Source: Synechococcus sp. (lineage in GTDB: Bacteria > Cyanobacteriota > Cyanobacteriia > Cyanobacteriales > MRBY01). From it: a stretch of DNA of 64,000 bases. Made by a program: the position numbers and the translations under genes. The stretch is from contig JAYKIK010000060.1 of assembly GCA_035284725.1 (NCBI GenBank), positions 5,567-69,566 on the forward strand, in the 5' to 3' direction. This document shows, piece after piece, positions 55,246 through 64,000 of this stretch; position 1 is the stretch's first letter; the number at the start of each line of letters is the position of its first letter. Below the pieces are notes generated by a model. That model searched no databases, was not told where the DNA came from, and saw only the letters and a program-made list of their open reading frames with translations.

Positions 55246-56052
55246 TTAAGAAAAATAAGCCTTGAGTTGGGTCGCAATTTCCTGAGGATGGGTTTGGGGG
55301 CAATCATGGCCTGCTCCTACAAGGGTGAATAAGCTGGCATGCTCAATCTTCTCTTCATAGGTTTTGCAGTGCCATAGGGGAATATGCTGGTCGTTCTCTG
55401 CGGCAATAATGAGACTGGGACACTTAATATGGTGCAGATCCTTCTCTACAGTATCTACGGCATCTTCAGGCCTGAGACGTGCTTTGAGCAGAGCCGCTGC
55501 GGCAGGTTGTCTTAAAATTTCAGTCCGTGCCTGTTTAATCATCGCAAAATCTTCTTTTTTTCCGACGATCGCCATGAGTGGCTTTAGGGCGGCCAGCCCC
55601 CAATCAACCAAGAAAATATCCCACAACAGGGGTCTGAGATAGGTATATCGTCCGGCAAAACTATCATCACGGATACCCGCAGGCGTTAGTAGGGTAATGC
55701 CGGATAAATTGCATTGGATCTCGTCACTGCCTTGGGCGATCGCGTAGGCTGCAGCAACCCAAGCACCATAGGAGTAGCCCACAAGATAAACCTGTGCCAA
55801 TCCCAATTGTTGAATAAAAGTATGTAGAAAATTAACTTGATCGGTAATCAAATAATTAATTTTAGGCTTGGCTGAATCACCAAATCCCAGCAGTTCTAAG
55901 TTAAAGCATTGGAAATCATCCTTGAGCTCATCGACCAATGCATTTAAAGTCCAAGCATCACCAAAAAAACCATGTAATAAAACCAAAGGTTTTCCTTGGC
56001 CTGAAACAGTATAAGCAGCTTGGTATTCGCCGAGTTGAATAAAGTTCTTCAC
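55246..56052 (-). CDS. Alpha/beta-fold hydrolase
   Basis: LLHGFFG oxyanion loop, GYSYG nucleophile elbow, AENDQ acid, GAGH histidine. Confidence 0.9.
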   Translation of the reverse strand: MKNFIQLGEYQAAYTVSGQGKPLVLLHGFFGDAWTLNALVDELKDDFQCFNLELLGFGDSAKPKINYLITDQVNFLHTFIQQLGLAQVYLVGYSYGAWVAAAYAIAQGSDEIQCNLSGITLLTPAGIRDDSFAGRYTYLRPLLWDIFLVDWGLAALKPLMAIVGKKEDFAMIKQARTEILRQPAAAALLKARLRPEDAVDTVEKDLHHIKCPSLIIAAENDQHIPLWHCKTYEEKIEHASLFTLVGAGHDCPQTHPQEIATQLKAYFS

Positions 56053-57188
56053 GATTCTTTTGTTTGACGATGGGTAAGGTCTTTTTGGAGTAAACCGTTG
56101 AGGATTAGTTGCAATCCGGAAAACAGTCCGAACTTTTTCAAAATGAGTGAAATAGATAAAACTTGGTTGAAGTCATATTCATATTTAATTTCTACAGAAG
56201 AAGAGCGCCTGCTGAAAATAAAAAATAAATCCCTTGGATTTACACACCTGAGTAGTTCCAAAATAATCGTTTTCTCAACCGTAGAAAAGCGTAATGAACA
56301 GGCAAGGACGGTCTCTAGTTCTTCTTCTGCAAAAGCAAAAATTCTCATCATTTCTGGTGCCAATGTCCCCCCCATTGCCGTATCTGGTTTGGCCAAAGAA
56401 ATTTCCCTATAGTTATGCTTAAGTAAATATTCAACGCTTTTATTGATAATGGCATTCCTTTCTTCAATACTTAAGCTATCTACAGAAGGATATACAGAGG
56501 GTTTACGCAAAACTTCAAGGGGTAGCTTTGGCCACTCTTCTTTCGGATTAATTTTTTTGCCAACTTTTTGCTTCAGTGCTTCATTTGCTTGAATGCCAAA
56601 AGTTTTAAATAAGTCAACGACAAAATCATAGTCATTCAGACTTTCAAGCTGACACTCTACATATTTGATTTTTGGAAATTTTTTCTTGTATGCCTCTGCT
56701 CGGGCATAAATCTCCCTGGCATACCATAAACATGTCTCGTAACAATCAAGATTCTGGCTGGGGGTTAATAAATTTTTCGCTTGGTATGGAGAAAGGAGCC
56801 AAGTTGATCGTCCTGGGATATCATGAATTCTCAATAAGCTATAGGCTATTTTTTGAACATCTCTTTTGAGGATAATTACACCAATTTCTTCTTGGGGAAT
56901 GAAGGTATCTGGCAAAAGATATCCCCAGCCTTTAATAAAAGAATGATTCGTTTCACAGTAGATTTTCTCGGACCTGCCCTGTGCTTTTTTTATCTCCCTA
57001 ACTTTTAGAGGCATTAATGCTCTCAGGGGTTCCCCGTTGCCATCATTAAAGTCCGACATTGGCTCTCCATTCATAATTGGGAAAGCTTCATGGATACTGA
57101 TCGTATTATGAGCACATGTCAGCAACTCTGTTAAATAGTCAGAGCCACTACGGCCTGGATTGATACAGAATAAATACTTAATCGCCAT
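56049..57188 (-). CDS. Sulfotransferase-like (P-loop) protein
   Basis: N-terminal CINPGRSGSDYLTELL resembles the 5'-PSB motif; HE; IILKRD resembles the 3'-PB motif; AT-rich. Confidence 0.6.
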   Translation of the reverse strand: MAIKYLFCINPGRSGSDYLTELLTCAHNTISIHEAFPIMNGEPMSDFNDGNGEPLRALMPLKVREIKKAQGRSEKIYCETNHSFIKGWGYLLPDTFIPQEEIGVIILKRDVQKIAYSLLRIHDIPGRSTWLLSPYQAKNLLTPSQNLDCYETCLWYAREIYARAEAYKKKFPKIKYVECQLESLNDYDFVVDLFKTFGIQANEALKQKVGKKINPKEEWPKLPLEVLRKPSVYPSVDSLSIEERNAIINKSVEYLLKHNYREISLAKPDTAMGGTLAPEMMRIFAFAEEELETVLACSLRFSTVEKTIILELLRCVNPRDLFFIFSRRSSSVEIKYEYDFNQVLSISLILKKFGLFSGLQLILNGLLQKDLTHRQTKES

Positions 57189-57220
57189 CTAAAGGTTCTC
57201 GTTGATTACATCCAGGTAGA

Positions 57221-58492
57221 TTATGAAGGAGCAATCACCATTGCCCGTGTCGCGATCGCCATTTCAATAATGTCAACGGCTTGGCTTGTGCCGCCAGACC
57301 GGCAGATTTCTTGCTGGGACTGCTTGGCTCGCTCTTGGTATGTGGAGTCATTTAATACGGTTTTAATCGTTTGATGTAACTTCTCGGTTGTCAGTTGATC
57401 GAGTGTAATAAATTCGCCAACTCCCGACCATTTAATTCTGGCAGCAATTCCCGGTTGATCATTCGTCACAGGAATCGCCACCATCGGCACACCTTGGGTT
57501 AAAGATTCAAGGGTTGTATTCATGCCCGCATGGGTAATTGTTAACTGGGCTTGTTTCAGTAGTTCAATCTGAGGCGCATAGCTTACAACCAAAGGATTAC
57601 CAGGCAAGCGAGGAATATCTTCGGGATTAGCAGAGCCCCCCAAAGAAATGACCAGTTGAACATCGAGGCTTGCACAGGCTGCGGCAATTTTTTGAAATAC
57701 ATCGCCTAGTCTATTTTGCAATGTGCCCATTGAGGCGTAAATCAGGGGTTTTACATTGAGTTGATCCCAGGGGAAATCAATTTGCTTACGACTGGTTGTT
57801 GTATGGTAAGGTCCCGTAAAATAGAAGTTTTGAGGTAAATTGCGACGGGGAAATTCGAAGGACTTTGGCTGCTGACAAATAATCGCTAAAGGAGAATTGA
57901 AACTCTTAGGAATGGCAATTTTATATTTTTTAAGGAATTTCTTGATTGGCGCTTGGACGATGGCTCCAAATGGTGCAGCAATCAGTTTGTGAACCAAAAT
58001 GTTGCGTAGTTTTCCCAAAAGAGTATTTTGGTAAGTCCAGGTGGTAAATACTGGCGGTGTTGCGGCTTCGGTATCGAAGGGGAGTGCACTACAAACGGTG
58101 ACATAAGGAAGATCGAGATATTTGGCGATCGCCACTCCTTCACTAGTAGATTGATCAACAACCATGCCATCAAGATGAAGGGATTTGCAGGATTCTGCAC
58201 CGTCCTGCAGGATCGCCTCGGCGATATCGCGAAAGGTTTTTACCGTGTAGATAAGGGCAGACATCCCTTTAAGTTCGCCCAGGGTCTTAAAAATAGCTGG
58301 GGTGCTACCTTGAGGAAACTTTTCTGTGGCAACTGGGAAAAAATCGATACCTTCAATGGCCTCTACTTTATCTTTGGCATCTTCTAGGCCGATAAAAATG
58401 ACCTGATGACCACGTTGGAGTAAAGCTTCACCAATAGGCAACATGGTATTAAGATGCCCAGTTTCTGCGGGACAATATAGACCAATGCGCAT
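57221..58492 (-). CDS. GT1 family UDP-glycosyltransferase (MGT-like)
   Basis: GHLNTM catalytic His; YASMGT; PSPG-like YAPQIELL..ITHAGMNTTLESL..GVPMVAIPVTNDQ. Confidence 0.92.
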   Translation of the reverse strand: MRIGLYCPAETGHLNTMLPIGEALLQRGHQVIFIGLEDAKDKVEAIEGIDFFPVATEKFPQGSTPAIFKTLGELKGMSALIYTVKTFRDIAEAILQDGAESCKSLHLDGMVVDQSTSEGVAIAKYLDLPYVTVCSALPFDTEAATPPVFTTWTYQNTLLGKLRNILVHKLIAAPFGAIVQAPIKKFLKKYKIAIPKSFNSPLAIICQQPKSFEFPRRNLPQNFYFTGPYHTTTSRKQIDFPWDQLNVKPLIYASMGTLQNRLGDVFQKIAAACASLDVQLVISLGGSANPEDIPRLPGNPLVVSYAPQIELLKQAQLTITHAGMNTTLESLTQGVPMVAIPVTNDQPGIAARIKWSGVGEFITLDQLTTEKLHQTIKTVLNDSTYQERAKQSQQEICRSGGTSQAVDIIEMAIATRAMVIAPS

Positions 58493-58504
58493 GGTATTTA
58501 CACC

Positions 58505-60226
58505 CTAACGAGTTGCCGCCTTATTCTGTTTACGCTCTGATTTTTTAGCCTCATCTTTAGCTTTTTTAGCTGCTTTTTTTGCAGCATCTTGTTCGGCTTT
58601 AAGGCGACGGCGCTCAGCTTCTTTCTCTTGCTCAATTTTTTCTAGGTAGTAATGATAATCACCGTTATAAACGATAAATTCACCATTGCGGATCTCGACA
58701 ATTTTATTCGCTACTTGGGAAATAAAGTAACGGTCATGGGAGACAATTGTCACGGTGCCGTCATATTCCTTGAGGGCGGCCTCTAGCATTTCCTTGGCGG
58801 GAATATCGAGGTGATTAGTCGGCTCATCGAGAATCAAGAAGTTCGCGGGTCTTAGCAGCATTTTTGCCAGGGCTAAACGGGCTTTTTCGCCACCACTAAG
58901 GGCGCCTACTTTTTTGAAAACGGTGTCTCCGCTAAAAAGAAATTGACCTAAGAGCGTGCGCACTTCGCCGTTTTTCCAATCGGGCACTTCATCATGGATG
59001 GTATCCATCACCGTTTTTTCGAGGTCCAGGGCTTCGGCTTGGTTCTGCTCAAAATAACCAGGGATGATGTTGTGCTTGCCCATGCGCACTTCCCCATCTT
59101 CGTAGGGTTCCATGCCCATAATCATCCGTAGGGTGGTGGATTTACCGCAGCCGTTGGGCCCTAAAAAGGCAATGCGATCGCCCCTTTCAATCGCGAGATT
59201 TGCCCCGAGGAACAGAATTTTTTCGTCGTAGGTGTGGGTGAGGTCTTTAATCGTGACCACTTCTTCACCGCCCCGGGGGGCTGGGGGAAATTTGAACTTG
59301 AGGGTGCGCACATCACTAATCGGTGCTTCGATGCGTTCCACCTTATCGAGTAACTTTTCGCGACTTTTAGCTTGGGTACTGCGAGTGGCACTGGCGCGGA
59401 ATTTTTCGATGAATTCCTGTTGCTTGGCGATTTCCTTTTGTTGTCGTTCAAAGGCAGAGAGTTGGGCGTCTTTGTTTTCTGCTTTTTGTTGTAAATACTG
59501 TGAATAATTGCCGAGGTAGGTTGTGGAAACTCCCCGCTCTGTTTCAACAATTTTTGTGCAAAGCCGATCCAGAAATTCTCGGTCATGGGAAATGATCACC
59601 ATGGGTGTTTTTAAACCCCGGAGATAATTTTCGAGCCATTCAATGGTTTCTAAATCCAGATGGTTTGTCGGCTCATCTAGCAACAGGATATCCGGTTCCT
59701 GGAGTAGTATTTTGCCCAAACTAATCCGCATTTGCCAACCGCCACTAAAGGAACTGACAAGGCGATCGCCATCCTCTACCTCAAAGCCCACCTCCGGGAG
59801 AATTTTCTCAATTTGGGACTCCAAACGATACCCATCAAGGGCTTCAAACTTCCGCTGGGCCCGGTCGAGACGATGGATCAGATCGTCAAGATCGGCATCT
59901 GGTTCGGCCATCAGGTGCTGAATCTCATGTATTTCATCCTGAACAGCATTGGCCTCAGTGAAGACCGTCCACATCTCTTCCCGGACAGTACGGGTGGGAA
60001 CCACATCAAATTCTTGGGTTAAATGGGCAATGCGCAGATCCGCCGGACGAATAATTTCTCCATCCGTAGGCTCGATTTCCCCCATAATGATTTTCATTTG
60101 GGTAGATTTACCGGCACCATTGACCCCCACCAGGCCAACTCGCTCGCCAATTTTGACTTCCCAGTTAATGTCCTTGAGAACCTCACCGGTGGGGTAAATT
60201 TTACGGATGTGCTCAAGCCTTAACAT
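58505..60226 (-). CDS. ABC-F family ATPase (two NBDs, no TM domain)
   Basis: GVNGAGKST, FSGGW, LDEPTNHLD twice, GPNGCGKST, LSGGE. Confidence 0.95.
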   Translation of the reverse strand: MLRLEHIRKIYPTGEVLKDINWEVKIGERVGLVGVNGAGKSTQMKIIMGEIEPTDGEIIRPADLRIAHLTQEFDVVPTRTVREEMWTVFTEANAVQDEIHEIQHLMAEPDADLDDLIHRLDRAQRKFEALDGYRLESQIEKILPEVGFEVEDGDRLVSSFSGGWQMRISLGKILLQEPDILLLDEPTNHLDLETIEWLENYLRGLKTPMVIISHDREFLDRLCTKIVETERGVSTTYLGNYSQYLQQKAENKDAQLSAFERQQKEIAKQQEFIEKFRASATRSTQAKSREKLLDKVERIEAPISDVRTLKFKFPPAPRGGEEVVTIKDLTHTYDEKILFLGANLAIERGDRIAFLGPNGCGKSTTLRMIMGMEPYEDGEVRMGKHNIIPGYFEQNQAEALDLEKTVMDTIHDEVPDWKNGEVRTLLGQFLFSGDTVFKKVGALSGGEKARLALAKMLLRPANFLILDEPTNHLDIPAKEMLEAALKEYDGTVTIVSHDRYFISQVANKIVEIRNGEFIVYNGDYHYYLEKIEQEKEAERRRLKAEQDAAKKAAKKAKDEAKKSERKQNKAATR

Positions 60227-60300
60227 AGGGAATGACTCCTGTTTTCTATCAGCATCAGTCTATAACAAATTGTAAACTTTTTTCCGTTTCCCCCTCGCCC

Positions 60301-60963
60301 ATGACCCGCAGCACCCTTAACCTCGACGACGCTCTATACAACTATCTCCTGGGCATTTCCCTCAAGGAACATCCTGTTCTTAAAGAATTAAGGGAATTTA
60401 CCGCCCATCACCAAGCTGCCCAGATGCAGATCGCCCCGGAACAGGGACAATTTATGGCCTGGCTCGTTCAATTGATGGGGGCCAAGAAAACTTTAGATAT
60501 TGGCGTGTTTACCGGCTACAGTGCCCTGGTAGTGGCCTTAGCTTTATCTCCTGATGGAATGGTTATTGCTTGCGATCGCGATCCCAGACCAACGGCGATC
60601 GCCCAAACCTATTGGAAAAAAGCAGGGGTAGCTGAGAAAATTCAACTGCACCTGGCTCCTGCTCTGGATACCCTCAATAACCTACTAGAAAATGGTCAAG
60701 CAGGAACCTTTGACTTTGCCTTTATCGACGCTGACAAAGGCAACTATCTGAATTACTTTGAGCGGGCCTTGGCATTAGTGCGGGTCGGTGGCGTGATTGC
60801 GATCGATAATATCCTGTGGTCGGGGCGCGTAGCGAATCCAGAAGATCAGGATAAACGGACGGAAAAAATTCGCGCCTTCAATGAAGCTTTATATAATGAT
60901 ACCCGTATTGCTTTAACGGTACTTCCCGTTGCCGATGGTCTCACCCTTGCCCATAAGCGATAG
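60301..60963 (+). CDS. SAM-dependent O-methyltransferase (CCoAOMT/COMT-like)
   Basis: MQIAPEQGQF, IGVFTGYS, FDFAFIDADK, DNILWSG. Confidence 0.92.
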   Translation: MTRSTLNLDDALYNYLLGISLKEHPVLKELREFTAHHQAAQMQIAPEQGQFMAWLVQLMGAKKTLDIGVFTGYSALVVALALSPDGMVIACDRDPRPTAIAQTYWKKAGVAEKIQLHLAPALDTLNNLLENGQAGTFDFAFIDADKGNYLNYFERALALVRVGGVIAIDNILWSGRVANPEDQDKRTEKIRAFNEALYNDTRIALTVLPVADGLTLAHKR

Positions 60964-60980
60964 TAACTCAACCGTTAGAC

Positions 60981-61919
60981 TTAGTGCTCGAAACCCACAG
61001 CTTTTTTGACAGTGTAGATAGGGCGTTGTTTGACTTCGTCATAGATCCGGCCCACATACTCTCCCAGGATTCCCAAACAGATGAGTTGTACGGCGCCGAG
61101 AAAGAAAATGGCGATAGTCACTAATGTATAACCAATGAGCTGTGCTGGAGCGTTATAAATTCGCCAAAACAAGACCAAAATAATCATGGCGATCGCCACA
61201 AACGCAGTTATAAGACCTAAATAAGTGGCAATTTTTAATGGTTTTCGAGACAAAGAGATAATGCCATCAACCGCTAGATTTAATGATTTTCGGAAAGTAT
61301 ATTTCACATCCCCCGCAAAACGTGGATCTCGGTTGAATTTTACAGCGGTCTGAGGAAAGCCGACCCAAGCCCTTAAACCACGGATGTAACGATGTTTCTC
61401 TGGCATGCTATTGAGAATGTCAACCACCTGACGGGACATCAAACAAAAATCCCCTGTATCTGTTGGAATATTGACATCGGTAAATCGATTCAGAACTCGA
61501 TAAAAGCCATAGGCCATTAACTTTTTAAACCAGCTTTCCTTGGCGCGACTTACCCGTTGAGCATAAACCACATGGTAGCCGGCTCGCCATTTTTCAATGA
61601 GTTGGGGCAATAATTCTGGTGGATCTTGGAGATCAGCGTCCATAATAATTACCGCTTCCCCGTAGGCATATTGCAAGCCTGCCGTCACAGCGATTTGATG
61701 GCCGAAGTTCCGTGCCAGACTGATATAGCGAACCCGAGAATCCCTTCGGCACAGTTCATCGAGAATGCTGAGAGAGCGGTCTTGACTGCCATCATCTACC
61801 AGCACAAGTTCCGCTGAGCCATCTAAGCCATCTATCACTGGGATAACACGCCGATACATCTCATGCAGATTCGCTTCTTCGTTGTAGACCGGAATAATAA
61901 TCGAGTAGGTAATCATCAC
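60981..61919 (-). CDS. GT2 polyprenol-phosphate glycosyltransferase (GtrB/ArnC-like)
   Basis: [31 protein letters not shown]; two C-terminal TM helices. Confidence 0.93.
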   Translation of the reverse strand: MMITYSIIIPVYNEEANLHEMYRRVIPVIDGLDGSAELVLVDDGSQDRSLSILDELCRRDSRVRYISLARNFGHQIAVTAGLQYAYGEAVIIMDADLQDPPELLPQLIEKWRAGYHVVYAQRVSRAKESWFKKLMAYGFYRVLNRFTDVNIPTDTGDFCLMSRQVVDILNSMPEKHRYIRGLRAWVGFPQTAVKFNRDPRFAGDVKYTFRKSLNLAVDGIISLSRKPLKIATYLGLITAFVAIAMIILVLFWRIYNAPAQLIGYTLVTIAIFFLGAVQLICLGILGEYVGRIYDEVKQRPIYTVKKAVGFEH

Positions 61920-61937
61920 AGGAGCGCAGAGAATAAA

Positions 61938-62510
61938 TCAGCTAAGTTTACCGAGATGATTAAAGGGCCAAAATTTAAAGATGGCATGGCCGATAATATT
62001 TTCTGCTGGGACAAAGCCCCAAATATGGGAGTCATTACTATTGTTACGATTGTCACCCAAAACAAAGAAGCTTTGGGGAGGAACAGTTAATGGGGGTAAT
62101 TCGTAATGAGGCGGGGCGGCGATGAAAGGTTCTGTCAGAGCTTTTTGATCGACGTAGACCAGGCCCTTGTGGACGGAAACCGTTTGGCCGGGGGTCGCAA
62201 TGATTCGTTTAATAAAAGCCTGTTGGGGATTGTAACCGAGGAGTTCTAATTGGGGCGGTGTCCGGAAAACCACGATATCACCAGATTTCACAGGCTGGAA
62301 GTGGTACGACAGTTTCTCAACGACAATGCGATCGCCTAGATTTAGGGTCGGCAACATCGAACCGGAGGGGATATACCGGGGTTCCGCAATAAACCAACGC
62401 ACCACCAGGGCGATCGCCAAGGCAATGGCTAAAACGCGGATATTTTCCCAGAGGACTGCCCACCCTTGGGACGATTCTTTAACGCTTGTTTTGTCGCCCT
62501 GATTAGCCAT
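61938..62510 (-). CDS. lepB: Signal peptidase I
   Basis: IPSGSMLPTL (Ser), FIKRII (Lys), GDNRNNSNDSH; ATG 62510 preferred as start. Confidence 0.95.
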   Translation of the reverse strand: MANQGDKTSVKESSQGWAVLWENIRVLAIALAIALVVRWFIAEPRYIPSGSMLPTLNLGDRIVVEKLSYHFQPVKSGDIVVFRTPPQLELLGYNPQQAFIKRIIATPGQTVSVHKGLVYVDQKALTEPFIAAPPHYELPPLTVPPQSFFVLGDNRNNSNDSHIWGFVPAENIIGHAIFKFWPFNHLGKLS

Positions 62511-62539
62511 GGATCTCCCACAATTTTGCTGGCACGGCT

Positions 62540-62929
62540 TTATATTGTGGCACGCTCCCGCCGCTTCAGTACAGTCCGGTAGAGCCAGAGGAGAAATCGG
62601 CGCAGGGAGTCGGGGGAGTGGGTGCCCCACAGGTTAATCGCCACACAGACCGCCCCGAAAGCTGGCAACAGAAACGTTGGAATCATCACCACCCCCACGA
62701 GGAACCAAGTACTGACATGGAGCACCATTAAAGTAACTCCCCCATACACGGCGATCGCATTTTTTTGGATGAGGCCCGGGGAGGCCTGACGCACCACATA
62801 AACGAGGGTTAAGAAGCTCAGAATTAGATTAAAAGGAACTAAACCGCCGCAGATGGCGATGCAGTGGCAGCGAGAAAATTCACATAACTGATCAAAAACG
62901 TTACTCAGTAGGGACACGGTGATATTCAA
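62540..62929 (-). CDS. Hypothetical membrane protein
   Basis: 129-aa hydrophobic ORF, co-oriented between lptB and lepB. Confidence 0.7.
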   Translation of the reverse strand: MNITVSLLSNVFDQLCEFSRCHCIAICGGLVPFNLILSFLTLVYVVRQASPGLIQKNAIAVYGGVTLMVLHVSTWFLVGVVMIPTFLLPAFGAVCVAINLWGTHSPDSLRRFLLWLYRTVLKRRERATI

Positions 62930-63067
62930 AGCTTAGAAACGATGATGTTATAACTCTGAGCCTAACGAATTCTTAGGAACTTTTGCCTAACGTTTTGTGA
63001 AGTGCCCACCCCAGCAAATATCAGGAAAATTTACGCCAAACCCCGAAAGGCGATCGCCTAATATTAT

Positions 63068-63811
63068 CTAGCTAGAAAAAACATTGCGCTCAAAATTTTC
63101 CCCGAGGTAGTACTGACGCACAAGGGGATTGCTGTATAGTTCCTCCGTGGTGCCTGCTGCAAGGATTTCCCCGTCCCGCATAATGTAGGCACGGTCGGTA
63201 ATCGCCAGGGTTTCCCGCACGTTATGGTCGGTGATCAGAATGCCCATGCCCCGGGCCCGGAGTTGTGCCACGATCTGCTGGATTTCTGCCACGGCAATGG
63301 GATCTACCCCCGCAAAAGGTTCATCCAAGAGGAGAAATTTAGGCCCCATTCCCCCCACCGCTAAAGCCCTTGCCAGTTCGGTCCGTCGCCGCTCTCCCCC
63401 AGAAACCAAACGCCCTTTGGTATGCACAATACGATTCAGGCGAAATTCCCCAATCAGTTCCTTCAGGCGCTCCTGTTGCTTGCGGTAGGACAGGGGGGAT
63501 TGTTCGAGGACAAGTTGGATATTTTCCTTGACCGTCAAGTTGCGAAAAATACTGGGTTGCTGGGTGAGGTAACCGATGCCGAGCTTGGCCCGTTCATCGA
63601 GGCTGAGGGGGGTGACATTCTGCCGCTGGAGCCAAACCCTGCCCTCATTGGGTTTAATCAGTCCTGTGGTGATGTAGAAGGTCGTTGTTTTGCCGGCACC
63701 ATTAGGCCCCAGGAGACCGACAATTTCTCCTTGGTTGACCTTGAGGTTGACACGGTTGACAATGACGCGCTTGCCATAGGTTTTGCGGATATTTTCGAGA
63801 ACAATGGTCAC
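63068..63811 (-). CDS. lptB: LPS export ABC transporter ATPase
   Basis: GPNGAGKTT, SGGERRR, LDEPFAGVDP, TDHNVRETL, YYLGE. Confidence 0.95.
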   Translation of the reverse strand: MTIVLENIRKTYGKRVIVNRVNLKVNQGEIVGLLGPNGAGKTTTFYITTGLIKPNEGRVWLQRQNVTPLSLDERAKLGIGYLTQQPSIFRNLTVKENIQLVLEQSPLSYRKQQERLKELIGEFRLNRIVHTKGRLVSGGERRRTELARALAVGGMGPKFLLLDEPFAGVDPIAVAEIQQIVAQLRARGMGILITDHNVRETLAITDRAYIMRDGEILAAGTTEELYSNPLVRQYYLGENFERNVFSS

Positions 63812-63813
63812 GG

Positions 63814-63999
63814 TTATTCGTCGGCGGGGAGATTAATGGGGGCAGGGGCGATCGCCCGTTGGGTGGGGGGTTGCTCGGGAATGAGATAGTTGGCTTCCAC
63901 CTGTTCGCTTTGGCCTGGGGTCGCCACAAAACGGCCTTCATCGATGGAATAGGTCATCTGTTCAGCCCGGAGGCTATTGCCATCCTGGAGTACGTAGAC
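63814..63999 (-). CDS. lptA: LptA/OstA family protein, C-terminal part (starts beyond the right edge)
   Basis: Hand translation VYVLQDGNSLRAEQMTYSIDEGRFVATP..QVEANYLI; directly upstream of lptB. Confidence 0.8.
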   Translation of the reverse strand, partial: VYVLQDGNSLRAEQMTYSIDEGRFVATPGQSEQVEANYLIPEQPPTQRAIAPAPINLPADE

Positions 64000-64000
64000 A

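Noticed and set aside
60301-61919. O-methyltransferase and GT2 as additional members of the GT1-sulfotransferase cassette
   Set aside because: Separated from it by the ABC-F gene, the OMT is on the opposite strand, and both belong to widespread families; no evidence of linkage.

Overview
A core-chromosome window from a unicellular cyanobacterium. Abundant HIP1 GCGATCGC octamers and the gene content point to the Picosynechococcus / Synechococcus sp. PCC 7002 group; the exact strain cannot be determined from the sequence. It is gene-dense and mostly housekeeping: vipp1-thioredoxin-aminotransferase, trpB, hemE, gyrA, comEC, a cobalamin-riboswitch-led btuB-cpdA-btuF-btuC operon, thf1, both ATP synthase clusters, ispG, ebsA, dusA, rsmG, rimP-nusA-ylxR-infB, deoC-recO, ycf66, an ABC-F ATPase, lepB and lptB. 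Several real genes are missing from the supplied ORF track and were read by hand: petN, psbX, a 45-aa membrane ORF after petN, a partial PPS-like protein at the left edge and partial lptA at the right edge. I found no rRNA, tRNA, CRISPR array, transposase or phage gene. The most notable observations are: (1) an AT-rich glycosyltransferase-sulfotransferase-hydrolase cassette; (2) a short ORF whose start codon lies in the hairpin just after the B12 aptamer; (3) a 24-bp palindromic element apparently nested inside a hairpin repeat; (4) an apparently catalytically degenerate PlsY-like/PEP-synthase-like fusion; (5) unannotated small membrane ORFs and a long structured leader behind a near-consensus promoter. 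Family assignments come from motif recognition, not database searches.
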